Assembly: GCA_964202905.1 (NCBI GenBank)
Contig: CAXNJO010000013.1
Location: forward strand, 1-64,000
Origin: Polyangiales bacterium
Lineage (GTDB): Bacteria; Myxococcota_A; Polyangia; Polyangiales; JADJQN01
Direction of reading: 5' to 3'
DNA length: 64,000 nt
Each line of letters starts with the position of its first letter. Position 1 is the stretch's first letter. The position numbers and the translations under genes were made by a program. The notes below the pieces were generated by a model. It saw only the letters and a list, made by a program, of their open reading frames with translations. It searched no databases and was not told where the DNA came from. Shown here piece by piece: positions 17,490-26,797 of this stretch.

Positions 17490-19390
17490 CACGCGCCTCC
17501 GATGTGCAGCGTGAGCCCGCCCGCGGCGACGGTGACCCCGGCCTCTGCGTCGTCCCCCGCGCCGAGCGCGCGGATCGCGTGGGTGAGCGGCACGGCGAGG
17601 AGCGGCAGCGCGCTCGCCCCGAGCAGCGCGCCGAGCGACGCCGTGCGCCGCAGGCGGATCGAGCCGTCCGCGTTCGTGCCGTCCGCGCTGCCCTCGCGCG
17701 ACCACACCCAGCCACCCACGGCGAGCCCCGCGACGCCGAGCCCGCCGAGCCCCCAGCTCCACCCGGGGACGCCGTCCGCGTCCGGCAAGAGGAGCGGCAC
17801 GGCCGCCGTCAGCAGCGCCCCTCCGGGGACGCCGAGGAGGTACGTGAGCCGGGTCGCGTCCTCGAACGCGGCCTGCCGCGCCGCGAAGTCGGGATCCGTG
17901 GCGAACGCCGCATTCAGCTGCGCGAGGTCGGCGCGACCGACGACGTAGAACGCCCACCCCCCCGCGAGCCCGACGGCGCCGACCGCCCCGACGACCGCGC
18001 CCACGATCGCGCGCGCACCGCCGCCCCCGTGAGACGGAGCGCCCGCGTCGCGCGCCGTCGTCGGGGAGGCGTCCGGCGCACCGACCGCGCCCCCCTCCCC
18101 GCTCCGCGGCGGCGTACGTTCATCGGCCGCCGACGCCGCGATCGCCACGTCCACGCGCGGCACATCCGCCGACACCGGACGCGCGGCGCCCTCCTCCGGG
18201 CCCGCTGCCCGCGCGCCGTCCGTGAGCGCGACGCGCGCCGCCGCGAGGTCCACGGCGTCGAGCGCACCGCCGCGCAGCGCGATCATCGCGCGCCCCGCCA
18301 CGCGCCCGCGCGCGACCTCGAGTCGCTCGACGATCGCCGCCGGGCGCTCGTCGTCGAGCGTGACGAGCAGCACGTCCGAGACGCCCGCGGCCCGCCCGAC
18401 GGTGAGCGCGTCCTCGACACGGTGCGCGGCGAGCTCACGGGGCGATTCGTAGACGAGCCGCAGCCGCCCGCGCGTGCGCACGACCTCCTCGAAGCGCGTG
18501 TCGATCGTGACGAGGTTGCGGCCCGCGCGGAAGTTCACGCGGTGCACGCGGCCGGCATGCCCCGCGGCGCACTCGACCTGCAGGTCCGCGCGCCCGGGCA
18601 GCAGGCCCGGCACGACCGCCGGCGTCGCGCCGACGTTCTGGCCGCGCAGCCACACGGCGCAGCCGCCCTGCGGCTGGGAGCGCACCTCGATCGTGGCGGG
18701 CTCGAGCGCGGCGAGGGCGTGATCCGCGGCGTCGAAGATGGCGCGCACCTCGGGCGGCGCCGCGCGCGCGCTGAGCGGGAGGTCGGAGGCGACGAGGCGG
18801 CACTCGGTGGCCTGACGCAGCGCGTCATCGCCGCGACCCGACGACAGGAAGAACTGCACCTGCACCGCGCACGCGCGGAGGAACGACTCCGCGCCCGCCG
18901 CGTCCCGCACGAGCGTCTCGCGGACCTCGTTCGCGCGGTCGATGCAGCGCTGCACCTGCTCGCCGGCCGCTGCGAGGCGCCCGCGCGCCAGCGAGAGCCC
19001 GGCCTCGTGGTAGCAGCGCTCGAGCGCCGCGACGTCGCTCGGCGTGATCACGGCGGGCTCGTCCGAATGCGCCGCGATGAAGCGGGCGCGCGCGACGTCC
19101 GGCGCGAGCGGCGCGACGCCGTCGGGCCGCAGCGACGCCTCGATCGCCTCCGCGGGCACGGCCGCGTCGCTGGCGCCCGCGTGCCGCGCGCCGACGACGA
19201 GGTAGGCCGCGTCCGGGGGCTCCTGCGCGACGGCCGACCCGCCCGTTGCGAGCCCGGCGAGCATCACGAACCCAGCCAGCCGCGCGACCGACAGGGTGTA
19301 CGCCCGCGCGCCACCCGCGACGACGCGCGTCCCCGCCTGCTCCAACCTGCGCCCCGCGCGCAGGAACCCCGACCCGTCGCTCGTCACCAT
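17486..19390 (-). CDS. Secreted/membrane protein with a TPR-like helical region, a PEGA-like domain and C-terminal TM helices
   Basis: IEVRSQPQGGCAVWLRGQNVGATP...LLPG (PEGA-like). The true start may be downstream (~19264-19300). Confidence 0.7.
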   Translation of the reverse strand: MVTSDGSGFLRAGRRLEQAGTRVVAGGARAYTLSVARLAGFVMLAGLATGGSAVAQEPPDAAYLVVGARHAGASDAAVPAEAIEASLRPDGVAPLAPDVARARFIAAHSDEPAVITPSDVAALERCYHEAGLSLARGRLAAAGEQVQRCIDRANEVRETLVRDAAGAESFLRACAVQVQFFLSSGRGDDALRQATECRLVASDLPLSARAAPPEVRAIFDAADHALAALEPATIEVRSQPQGGCAVWLRGQNVGATPAVVPGLLPGRADLQVECAAGHAGRVHRVNFRAGRNLVTIDTRFEEVVRTRGRLRLVYESPRELAAHRVEDALTVGRAAGVSDVLLVTLDDERPAAIVERLEVARGRVAGRAMIALRGGALDAVDLAAARVALTDGARAAGPEEGAARPVSADVPRVDVAIAASAADERTPPRSGEGGAVGAPDASPTTARDAGAPSHGGGGARAIVGAVVGAVGAVGLAGGWAFYVVGRADLAQLNAAFATDPDFAARQAAFEDATRLTYLLGVPGGALLTAAVPLLLPDADGVPGWSWGLGGLGVAGLAVGGWVWSREGSADGTNADGSIRLRRTASLGALLGASALPLLAVPLTHAIRALGAGDDAEAGVTVAAGGLTLHIGGAW

Positions 19391-19797
19391 CTCGCCCGTG
19401 GAGGCGGGTGCCGCGGCCCGCCGCTCCCCGACGCGCCGCCCCGGGGCATCCAGCCCGCTTCCCCCGGGACGGCGCGGAAACTACCACGCCCTCCGAAACA
19501 CACGAAGAAGAAATCTTCTGCGGCAAATCCCCGGAAACCGGAAAGCGCGGAGCGCGCAGCTGCGCCCCGCTCAGCCGAGGCCTCACGAAGCGGCACGCCG
19601 AGGTGCGCGCGCCCGTCCACGACCCCGGAGGCCAGGCACCCACGCGCGATCGCGCACGGCGGCGCAGCCCGCGAAGGACAACACACGCGGCCCCACTCAC
19701 ACGCTCGAGCACGGGGCCCGCGCGCTCGGGCACGCCGAGACGGGCACGCGGGGGCCAGGGACAGTGCGCCCTCGGGGGACGCGCCGTCCCGGCGTCG

Positions 19798-20187
19798 CTA
19801 ACGCCCGGCCTTCAGCTTGGCGACGAGGCGCGCATCCGGGGGCGGAAGCGCGTAGCCGTCGAGCTCCTCGGGCACCACCCACGCGTGGTCGGCGACCTGC
19901 ACGTGCTGCACCTCGCCGCTCACGAGCCGGCAGTCGTAGAAGAGCAACAGCACGTCCTTCCGCGCGTACCGGTGGAAGGTGACCTCGAGGATGTCGCGGA
20001 CCTCGACCTCGATGGCGCACTCCTCGCGGCACTCGCGCACGAGGGCGTCCTCGGGGGCCTCGCCCTCCTCGAGCTTGCCCCCGGGGAACTCCCAGAATCC
20101 CGCGAGATGGCCCCGATCGAGGCGGCGCGTGATGAGGATGCGCCCCTCGCGCCGGACCACCGCCGCAGCGACGAGCAGCGTGCGCAT
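19798..20187 (-). CDS. MutT/NudG-like NUDIX hydrolase
   Basis: WEFPGGKLEEGEAPEDALVRECREE NUDIX box; start overlaps the TolC stop (TGATG). Confidence 0.92.
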   Translation of the reverse strand: MRTLLVAAAVVRREGRILITRRLDRGHLAGFWEFPGGKLEEGEAPEDALVRECREECAIEVEVRDILEVTFHRYARKDVLLLFYDCRLVSGEVQHVQVADHAWVVPEELDGYALPPPDARLVAKLKAGR

Positions 20188-21779
20188 CAGCGGACCAGTT
20201 CCCCGCCCGTCGCGCGGCGCAGGCGCGCGTTCGCGACGCGCAGGTCGATCGCGGCGTTGACGAGGTCGAGGCGCGCACGGGAGACCTCGGCGTCCGCGTC
20301 GAAGAGGTCGCTCGTCACCGCGGAGCCGGCACGGTAGCGCTCCTGCCGGATGCGCCACGCCTCGGTGGCGGCCGCCTCGCCGAGCCGTGCGGCTGCGAGC
20401 GCGTCGCGCGCGGCGCCGTAGCTCTCGTAGGCCTGCTGCACCTCGATGCGCAGGCCGTCCTCGAGCGCGGCGAGGTCCGCGCGGGCCTGCACGAGCTCGG
20501 CCGACGCCGCGCGCCCGTCCTGCGTCGCAGCGAGGAAATCGTTGGGCGACCAGGAGAGTACCGCGCTCACGTCCCACGTCCCGTTGAAGACCTGCGACTG
20601 CGGGACGAAGCGCGGGTTCGGGTTCGTGTAGTCGGCGTTCGCGGCGACCGCGAGGCGCGGCAGGCCGCGCATGCGACGCGCGGTGGTCACACCCTCGCGC
20701 CCCTCGACGACGGCGCGCAGCGCGCGCAGCTCCGCGCGGCGGTCACGCGCGGCCGCGAGCAGCTGGTCGGGCGTCTCGCGCAGCGCCGGCAGATCGGCCG
20801 AGAGGTCCTCGCCGATCCCCGGCGCATCGCCCCCCGGCTCGTGCATCAGCGTCCGCACGGCGACCGCCGCGACCGCGACGCCGCCGAGCGCGCGCGCGAG
20901 CCCGACACGCGCCGCGGCGAGCTGCGCCTCGAGGCGCTGCAGCTCGACGGCCGGCACGGTGCCCGTCTGCACGAGCGCCTCGACGTCGCGCCGGTGCGCC
21001 TCGACCTGCGCGACCGCGAGCTGCGCGACGGCGTGGCCCGCCCTCGCCCGCGCGTAGCCGTAGAAGGCCTCACGCGCCTGGAGCGCGACCGACTGCTGCT
21101 GGGACTCGGCCTGCGCGCCCGCGGCGTCGGCGAAGCGCCGGCTCGCGCGGTAGGCGGGGAGGATCGTGAGGAAGAGGTCGCTCACGGGGATCGCGACGCC
21201 CGCATGGATCGCGTACTGGTCGAGGATCACGGGGAAGGAAAAACCGCCCTGCGACTGCGCGATCTGCGCGTCGAGCTGCCCGGTGAAGAGGCCGCGCGCA
21301 GCCGGGTCCGCGACGGCCGCGATCGCGGCGCGCGCCTGCGCGATCTGCGCCGCGCTGATCGCGGCGCCAAACGAGAGCTGCGGCGGCGTGATCGACGAGA
21401 GCCGCGTGTAGCGCGCCGAGAGATCGACGCGCGGAATGAACGCGAGCGCCGCACCCGCCGCGGCCGCGTCCGCCGCCTCCGCCGCCGCGCGGGCCCGCTC
21501 GAGGCTGGGCGCGGTCTCGACGGCGCGCGACGCGACGCGGTCGGCGGTCAGCCCACCCGGTCCGCCACGCAGCAGGGCGAGCAGGTCCGTGGGCGCGGCG
21601 GCGACCCCCTCCCCGGCCGAGGCCGCGTCGACGAAGGCCCGCGCCACCGCCGGCGGGGGCGGCACCGCGCCGTCCTGCGCCTCCGCGCGCGGCGCGCCGA
21701 GCCAGACGACGAGCGCGGCCGCGAGGGGAGCGCCGCGGCGAACAGCGGCGCGGAGGGGCGGATTTTCGGGCATCTTCAT
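20187..21779 (-). CDS. TolC-family outer-membrane efflux protein
   Basis: Signal peptide ending AEA; PRVDLSARYT; ERYRAGSAVTSDLFDA...A.LRRATG OEP pattern. Confidence 0.88.
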   Translation of the reverse strand: MKMPENPPLRAAVRRGAPLAAALVVWLGAPRAEAQDGAVPPPPAVARAFVDAASAGEGVAAAPTDLLALLRGGPGGLTADRVASRAVETAPSLERARAAAEAADAAAAGAALAFIPRVDLSARYTRLSSITPPQLSFGAAISAAQIAQARAAIAAVADPAARGLFTGQLDAQIAQSQGGFSFPVILDQYAIHAGVAIPVSDLFLTILPAYRASRRFADAAGAQAESQQQSVALQAREAFYGYARARAGHAVAQLAVAQVEAHRRDVEALVQTGTVPAVELQRLEAQLAAARVGLARALGGVAVAAVAVRTLMHEPGGDAPGIGEDLSADLPALRETPDQLLAAARDRRAELRALRAVVEGREGVTTARRMRGLPRLAVAANADYTNPNPRFVPQSQVFNGTWDVSAVLSWSPNDFLAATQDGRAASAELVQARADLAALEDGLRIEVQQAYESYGAARDALAAARLGEAAATEAWRIRQERYRAGSAVTSDLFDADAEVSRARLDLVNAAIDLRVANARLRRATGGELVR

Positions 21780-21900
21780 GTGTCTTTCCAGTCGTTTGCG
21801 CGCCACCGACGGGAGCGCTCGGCGGGGCGGCTCGTGCCTCGAGCGGAGGCCGGAGGGCGGGCACGGACGCCGCTCCGGTTTTTCGTTGAACGCGCGGTCA

Positions 21901-21975
21901 ACGCTAGAGCGGCCCGGCCGGACGTCAAGGTAGACGCGCGTCGCATTGACGCAGCGGGGCGGCGCCGCTTATACG
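21901..21975. promoter_or_regulatory. Divergent sigma70-type promoters for tolC (-) and asd (+)
   Basis: Minus: TTGACG-N16-TAGCGT (21928-21901). Plus: TTGACG-N18-TATACG (21946-21975). Confidence 0.5.
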
Positions 21976-21983
21976 GCCGCCCC

Positions 21984-23006
21984 ATGACGCGGCGCTTCAA
22001 GGTGGCGGTGGTCGGGGCGACGGGCCTCGTGGGTCGGGAGATGCTGGCCACGCTGGCGCAGCGGGGGTTCCCCGTGGGCGAGTTGGTGCCGCTCGCTTCG
22101 CCGCGGAGCGCCGGCGCCCGCCTCTTCTTCGCGGGGCGCGAGCTCGAGGTGCAGGCCGTCTCCGAGGCGGCCTTCGAGGGCGTCGAGGTCGCGCTCTTCT
22201 CGGCGGGCGCCGGCCCCTCGCGCGCGTGGTGTCCGGTCGCCGCGCGCGCGGGCGCGCTCGTCATCGACAACTCCTCGGCGTGGCGCATGGACCCGGACGT
22301 CCCGCTCTGCGTGCCCGAGGTGAACCTGGACGCGGCGCGCACGCGCCCGAAGGGCATCGTCGCGAACCCCAACTGCTCGACGATCCAGCTGCTCGTGGCG
22401 CTCAAGCCCCTGCACGACGCCGCGCGCATCACGCGCATCTTCGTCGCGACGTACCAAGCGGTGAGCGGCGCGGGGCTCGGCGCGGTGCAGAGCCTCGAGG
22501 CGCAGCAGCGGCAGCTCGCGGCCGGCGCGCCGATCGAGCGCGGAAGCCTCCCGGGGCAGCTCGCGGGCAACCTCCTCATGGGCTGGAAGGTCGACCCGGA
22601 GACCCTCTACCAGGAAGAGGAACTGAAGATGATCCACGAGACGCGCAAGATCCTCGGCGACGACACGATCCGCGTGTCGCCGACGACGGTGCGCGTCCCC
22701 GTGGTCAACGCCCACAGCGAGGCCGTGACGATCGAGACGGAGCGCCCCCTCTCGCCGGAGCAGGCGCGCGCGCTGCTCGCCGTCGCGCCCGGCGTGACGT
22801 TGATGGACGACTTCGCGCGGGGCGTGTACCCGCAGCCGCGCGACGCCTCGGGCCAGGACGCCGTGCTCGTCGGACGGGTGCGCGACGACCTCGGCCGAGC
22901 GCCCGGCGCGCACGGGCTCTCCCTCTGGATCGTCGGTGACAACCTCCGCAAGGGCGCGGCCCTCAACGCGGTGCAGATCGCCGAAGGCCTGCTCCTCGGC
23001 CGCTGA
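21984..23006 (+). CDS. asd: Aspartate-semialdehyde dehydrogenase
   Basis: VAVVGATGLVG, IDNSSAWRM, VPEVN, ANPNCST, TYQAVSGAG, VRVPV..HSE, DNLRKGAALNAVQIAE. Confidence 0.97.
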   Translation: MTRRFKVAVVGATGLVGREMLATLAQRGFPVGELVPLASPRSAGARLFFAGRELEVQAVSEAAFEGVEVALFSAGAGPSRAWCPVAARAGALVIDNSSAWRMDPDVPLCVPEVNLDAARTRPKGIVANPNCSTIQLLVALKPLHDAARITRIFVATYQAVSGAGLGAVQSLEAQQRQLAAGAPIERGSLPGQLAGNLLMGWKVDPETLYQEEELKMIHETRKILGDDTIRVSPTTVRVPVVNAHSEAVTIETERPLSPEQARALLAVAPGVTLMDDFARGVYPQPRDASGQDAVLVGRVRDDLGRAPGAHGLSLWIVGDNLRKGAALNAVQIAEGLLLGR

Positions 23007-23232
23007 CGGAATGTCACCCGCAGCGCGCGCATGCGGCCTGCTGCTGACAAAATGTCGGGCCCGACCGCGCGCCGGTCGCGGAGGCCCGCGCGCCGTGTTC
23101 CACGCGCGCGACGTCCCGGATCGCGCAGGGCCCCGCGCAGCACGGTCGCCTGCGCGTCGGGAAGCACGTCGCCGCGCCCGTGGACGCAGCGCGAGCAGAG
23201 TGGAGCGGACCTTGCTAAGCCTCGCCCCGACC

Positions 23233-24243
23233 ATGCTCCGACCCGCACTCCGCGCCCTCCCCGCCGTCCTCGGGACACTCGCCCTCTTCGGCGCCTCGGG
23301 CGTCGCGCGGGCGCAGCTCACGGTCACCGTCAACAGCGTCGAGGGGCGCAACGTGTCCGACCGGCCGCTCAGCACGCCCGTGCTCTTCAACAGCGAGGAC
23401 TGCGCGGGGGACAACGAGCTCGAGTTGACGATCGGCAACATCCCGACGGGCACCACGGTGCTCGACTTCTGGCGGGGCACCGGCTGCGATCAGGTCGAGC
23501 CGCGCACGTCGACGACCAGCTCCGCGTGCACGTACCTGTTCTCGCTGACGAGCTTCATGACGCCGTCCGCGCAGCTGTGGAACGACGAGCTGAGCGTCGC
23601 GGACCTCGGCGGATGCGTCGAGGGCGCCGACAACACGAGCGTCGAGGTCTTCATCCTCGCCGCGACGATGGAGCGCACGCCCGAGATGGTGACGAGCTTC
23701 GCCCAGTTCTCGACGCGCTTCGACCTCGTCGCCCCCGCGCCGCCGACGGCCGTGATGTCCGGCTCGGGCAACACGGCGGCGCCCGTCTCGTGGACGCGCA
23801 CGACGGGCACGATCAACGGCTACCGCGTGTACGTCGGCACCGCGAGCAGCGGTGAAGGCGGCGCATGCGGCGGCAGCGGGTTGGTCGCCGGCGAGCTGCC
23901 CCCCGCGGGCGCGACCGTGGCCGCGACCGTCTCAGGGACGGCGGGCGGCGCGAGCCTCGACCTCGCGGCGCTCGGCCTCGCGGTCGGCGAGAGCGCGAGC
24001 GTCGGTGTCGTCGCGCGGGACGCCGCCCTGAACGAGGGCGTGCTCTCGGAGCTCGCGTGCGTCACGCGCGTCGAGACGTGCGGCTATCTCTGCCAGCGGG
24101 ACGGCGAGGTCGCCACGTGCAGCACGGCCGCCCGCGGGCCGCGCGCCAGCGACGCCCGCGCCGCTCCGGGCCTCGGCGCCGCGGGCCTGCTCGCCGTCGC
24201 CCTCCTGTCGATGCGGCGCCTCCGCCGCCGGAGCCCCCGATGA
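23233..24243 (+). CDS. Surface protein with an FN3-like region and a MYXO-CTERM-like sorting tail (MXAN_2561-like)
   Basis: Signal peptide; Cys pairs; C-terminal CS...GLLAVALLSMRRLRRR. Confidence 0.7.
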   Translation: MLRPALRALPAVLGTLALFGASGVARAQLTVTVNSVEGRNVSDRPLSTPVLFNSEDCAGDNELELTIGNIPTGTTVLDFWRGTGCDQVEPRTSTTSSACTYLFSLTSFMTPSAQLWNDELSVADLGGCVEGADNTSVEVFILAATMERTPEMVTSFAQFSTRFDLVAPAPPTAVMSGSGNTAAPVSWTRTTGTINGYRVYVGTASSGEGGACGGSGLVAGELPPAGATVAATVSGTAGGASLDLAALGLAVGESASVGVVARDAALNEGVLSELACVTRVETCGYLCQRDGEVATCSTAARGPRASDARAAPGLGAAGLLAVALLSMRRLRRRSPR

Positions 24244-24992
24244 GCCGCCCCACCCCCGTCTCCCGCCGCACGCGCGACGCGCTCCGCACGCTCGTCTCCG
24301 CGATCCTCTGCGCCGCCGCGCTCGTGGCGTCCACACTCGCGCCCGGCCGCGCGGCCGCCCAGGAAGGGCTCGCGGACTGGTCGGAGCCGACCAACCCCGC
24401 CTCACCCCAGCGCTTCGCGCTCGAGCTGCGCGTCGGCCCCTACACGCCCGACACCGGCGACCCCGTGTTCGAGCGGGTGTTCGGCGGCTCGTCGCTGCTC
24501 TTCGGCGCGGAGTTCGATTTCATGCCCCTCCGCATCCCGGACGTGCTCAGCCTCGGCGTCGGCGCCGGGTTCGGCTCGGTCAGCTACTCCGGCAAGGCGG
24601 CGTCGCTCGACGGCACCGCGACGAGCGAGGCCACCTCGCTCTCCCTGCTGCCCATGAGCCTGCTCGCCGTGCTGCGCCTCGACGCGCTGCCCCGGCTCAC
24701 GGGGATCCCGCTGCTGCTCACCGGCAAGTTCGGAGCCGACCTCGTGTACTGGAGCTCGAGCACCGGGGACGCGCAGGACGGCGAGGGCCTGAGCCCCGGA
24801 TTGCGCTGGGCGGCGCAGGCGGCGCTGGAGCTCGACTTCTTCGAGCCGCGGGCCGCACGCGCGCTCGACGACGAGTGGGGCATCAACCACTCCTTCCTGT
24901 TCGCCGAGGTCTACGGCTCGACGGCCGGCGGCCGCTCCCTGCCGGTGGGAACGCCGTTCGCGTGGTCTGCCGGGCTCGGCTTCGTCTTCTGA
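24240..24992 (+). CDS. Outer-membrane beta-barrel protein (MXAN_2562-like)
   Basis: SPQRFALELRVGPY.P, LDFFEPRAARALD.EWGINHSFLFAE, terminal WSAGLGFVF; ATGA overlap with the upstream gene. Confidence 0.75.
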   Translation: MSRPTPVSRRTRDALRTLVSAILCAAALVASTLAPGRAAAQEGLADWSEPTNPASPQRFALELRVGPYTPDTGDPVFERVFGGSSLLFGAEFDFMPLRIPDVLSLGVGAGFGSVSYSGKAASLDGTATSEATSLSLLPMSLLAVLRLDALPRLTGIPLLLTGKFGADLVYWSSSTGDAQDGEGLSPGLRWAAQAALELDFFEPRAARALDDEWGINHSFLFAEVYGSTAGGRSLPVGTPFAWSAGLGFVF

Positions 24993-24993
24993 G

Positions 24994-25815
24994 ATGCGCG
25001 ACTCGCGCCCCGGCGAGCATGGCGTGCGGCTCGTCGTCGCCTACGACGGCGCAGGCTTCGTCGGCTACCAGGAGCAGCCCGGCCAACGCTCGGTGCAGGC
25101 CGTGCTCGAGGACGCCGTCACCGGCATGAGCGGACAGCCGACGAAGGTGCGCGGCGCGGGGCGCACCGACTCCGGCGTGCACGCCGAGGGGCAGATCGTG
25201 GCCTTCGACAGCGCGCGGCTGATCCCGCCGCGCGGCTGGATGCTGGGCCTCAACCAGCGCCTGCCGGAGGACATCGCCGTGCGTGCCGCCGAGGCTTGCG
25301 CGCCCGGCTACAACCCGCGCTACGACGCCCTCGAGAAGCTCTACCGCTACGTGCTGCTCCTCGGCGAGGCGCGCGATCCGCACTGGCGCGGGCGCGCCTG
25401 GCACGTCGCGCGCGTCCACACCGACGGCGAGCCGGGCCGACGCCTCGACCTCGACGCGCTCCGCGACGGGGCCGCGCGCCTCGTCGGGACGCACGACTTC
25501 GGCGCGTTCCGGGCGGCCGACGACGAGCGCACGGAGACGGTGCGCACCGTCCACGAAGTGCGCGTGCTCGCCAGCTACCTCGGGAACCCGGACCTGCTCG
25601 CGATCGAAGTGCGCGGCACCGCGTTCCTCAAGCAGATGATCCGCATCCTCGTCGGCACACTGCTCGAGGTCGGCCGCGGACGGCGCACGCCCGCCTCGCT
25701 CGACGCGCTGCTCGTGCCCGGCGCGATGCGCGCGAGCGCGGGGATCACCGCCCCCGCGCATGGCCTCTCGATGGTCTCCGTGCGCCTCGGCCGGAAGTCC
25801 GACGACGCACCGTAG
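24994..25815 (+). CDS. truA: tRNA pseudouridine(38-40) synthase
   Basis: VAYDG..F.GYQ.Q, GAGRTDSGVHAEGQ, GTHDFGAF, AFLKQMIRILVG, TAPAHGL. Confidence 0.95.
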   Translation: MRDSRPGEHGVRLVVAYDGAGFVGYQEQPGQRSVQAVLEDAVTGMSGQPTKVRGAGRTDSGVHAEGQIVAFDSARLIPPRGWMLGLNQRLPEDIAVRAAEACAPGYNPRYDALEKLYRYVLLLGEARDPHWRGRAWHVARVHTDGEPGRRLDLDALRDGAARLVGTHDFGAFRAADDERTETVRTVHEVRVLASYLGNPDLLAIEVRGTAFLKQMIRILVGTLLEVGRGRRTPASLDALLVPGAMRASAGITAPAHGLSMVSVRLGRKSDDAP

Positions 25816-25913
25816 GCCGCTCGCCCACCGCCTGGCGCCACACGTCCCAGAGACGCTCCGTCGCGGCGCTGTTCCGCGCGCGGTGCGAGGCTGCGCGCGC
25901 GGCGAGACGGCGG

Positions 25914-26666
25914 TCAGCGCGCGCGGCGCGGGCGCCGGGGACGCGGCGTGTCGTCGAGCGGCATCGCGGCGAGCGCGGCGATCTCCGAGCGGACGCGCGC
26001 CACCGCGCCCTCGACGCCGAGCGCCGCCAGCGTCTCCGCGCCGATCGGCGCCCCGACGTGCACCGCGACCTCGCCCGGCCGGATCATCCGCGAGTGTCGG
26101 GGCAACAGGGCGCGCGTGCCGCGCAGCCCGATCGGCACCAGGGGCACCCCCGCCGCGAGCGCCAGGTGAAAGCCCCCTTTCTTGAAGGGGGACACCGCCT
26201 CGCGCTCGTGGCGCGTTCCCTCGGGAAACACGACGATCGAAGCCCCTTCACGCACGACGCGCGCCGCCTCTGCGATCGCCTCGACGGCCCGCGCGCGCTC
26301 GCTGCGATCGATGAAGACGTGGCCGCCGGCGGCCATCGCCGCGCCGAGGAGCGGCACGCGCCGGAGCTCCTTCTTCGCGAGAAAGCCGGGCACGCGCGGC
26401 AGCGCGAGGATGACCGCGACGATGTCGACGTGGCTCTGGTGGTTCGCCATGAAGACGTAGGGGCCGTCCGGGTCGAGCTGGTCGACGCCGTGCACGCGCA
26501 CGCGCATGTCCCAGCCGCGCGCGAGCCCCACCGCCCACGCGCGCTCCAAGCGGCGGAAGCGCGCGCCATCGCCCGTCAGCGCGTGCATCCCGACGAGCCC
26601 CGCGCAGACCGCGCTCGTCCAAGTGCCGGTGAAGAGCAGTCGCAGGGTGCCGGAGGCGGTGAGCAT
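25914..26666 (-). CDS. 1-acyl-sn-glycerol-3-phosphate / lysophospholipid acyltransferase (PlsC family)
   Basis: NHQSHVD, FLAKKEL, FIDR, FPEGTR, FKKGGF. Confidence 0.93.
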   Translation of the reverse strand: MLTASGTLRLLFTGTWTSAVCAGLVGMHALTGDGARFRRLERAWAVGLARGWDMRVRVHGVDQLDPDGPYVFMANHQSHVDIVAVILALPRVPGFLAKKELRRVPLLGAAMAAGGHVFIDRSERARAVEAIAEAARVVREGASIVVFPEGTRHEREAVSPFKKGGFHLALAAGVPLVPIGLRGTRALLPRHSRMIRPGEVAVHVGAPIGAETLAALGVEGAVARVRSEIAALAAMPLDDTPRPRRPRRAR

Positions 26667-26797
26667 CGCTCCGCATGCATAGCGGAGAATGTCCTCGCCC
26701 GTCGAGGGGCGACGCGCGCAGTCGGCGCGCGCTCACGGGCCGCGGCCGGAGGCAACGAGGGCGACGGGGCCCGGTGCTAGGGTGGTCAGCGCGCCCG

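Noticed and set aside
19391..19797. Small CDS or ncRNA in the long gap upstream of the PEGA operon
   Set aside because: ORFs lack codon bias and motifs, and no recognisable RNA structure was found; treated as promoter region.
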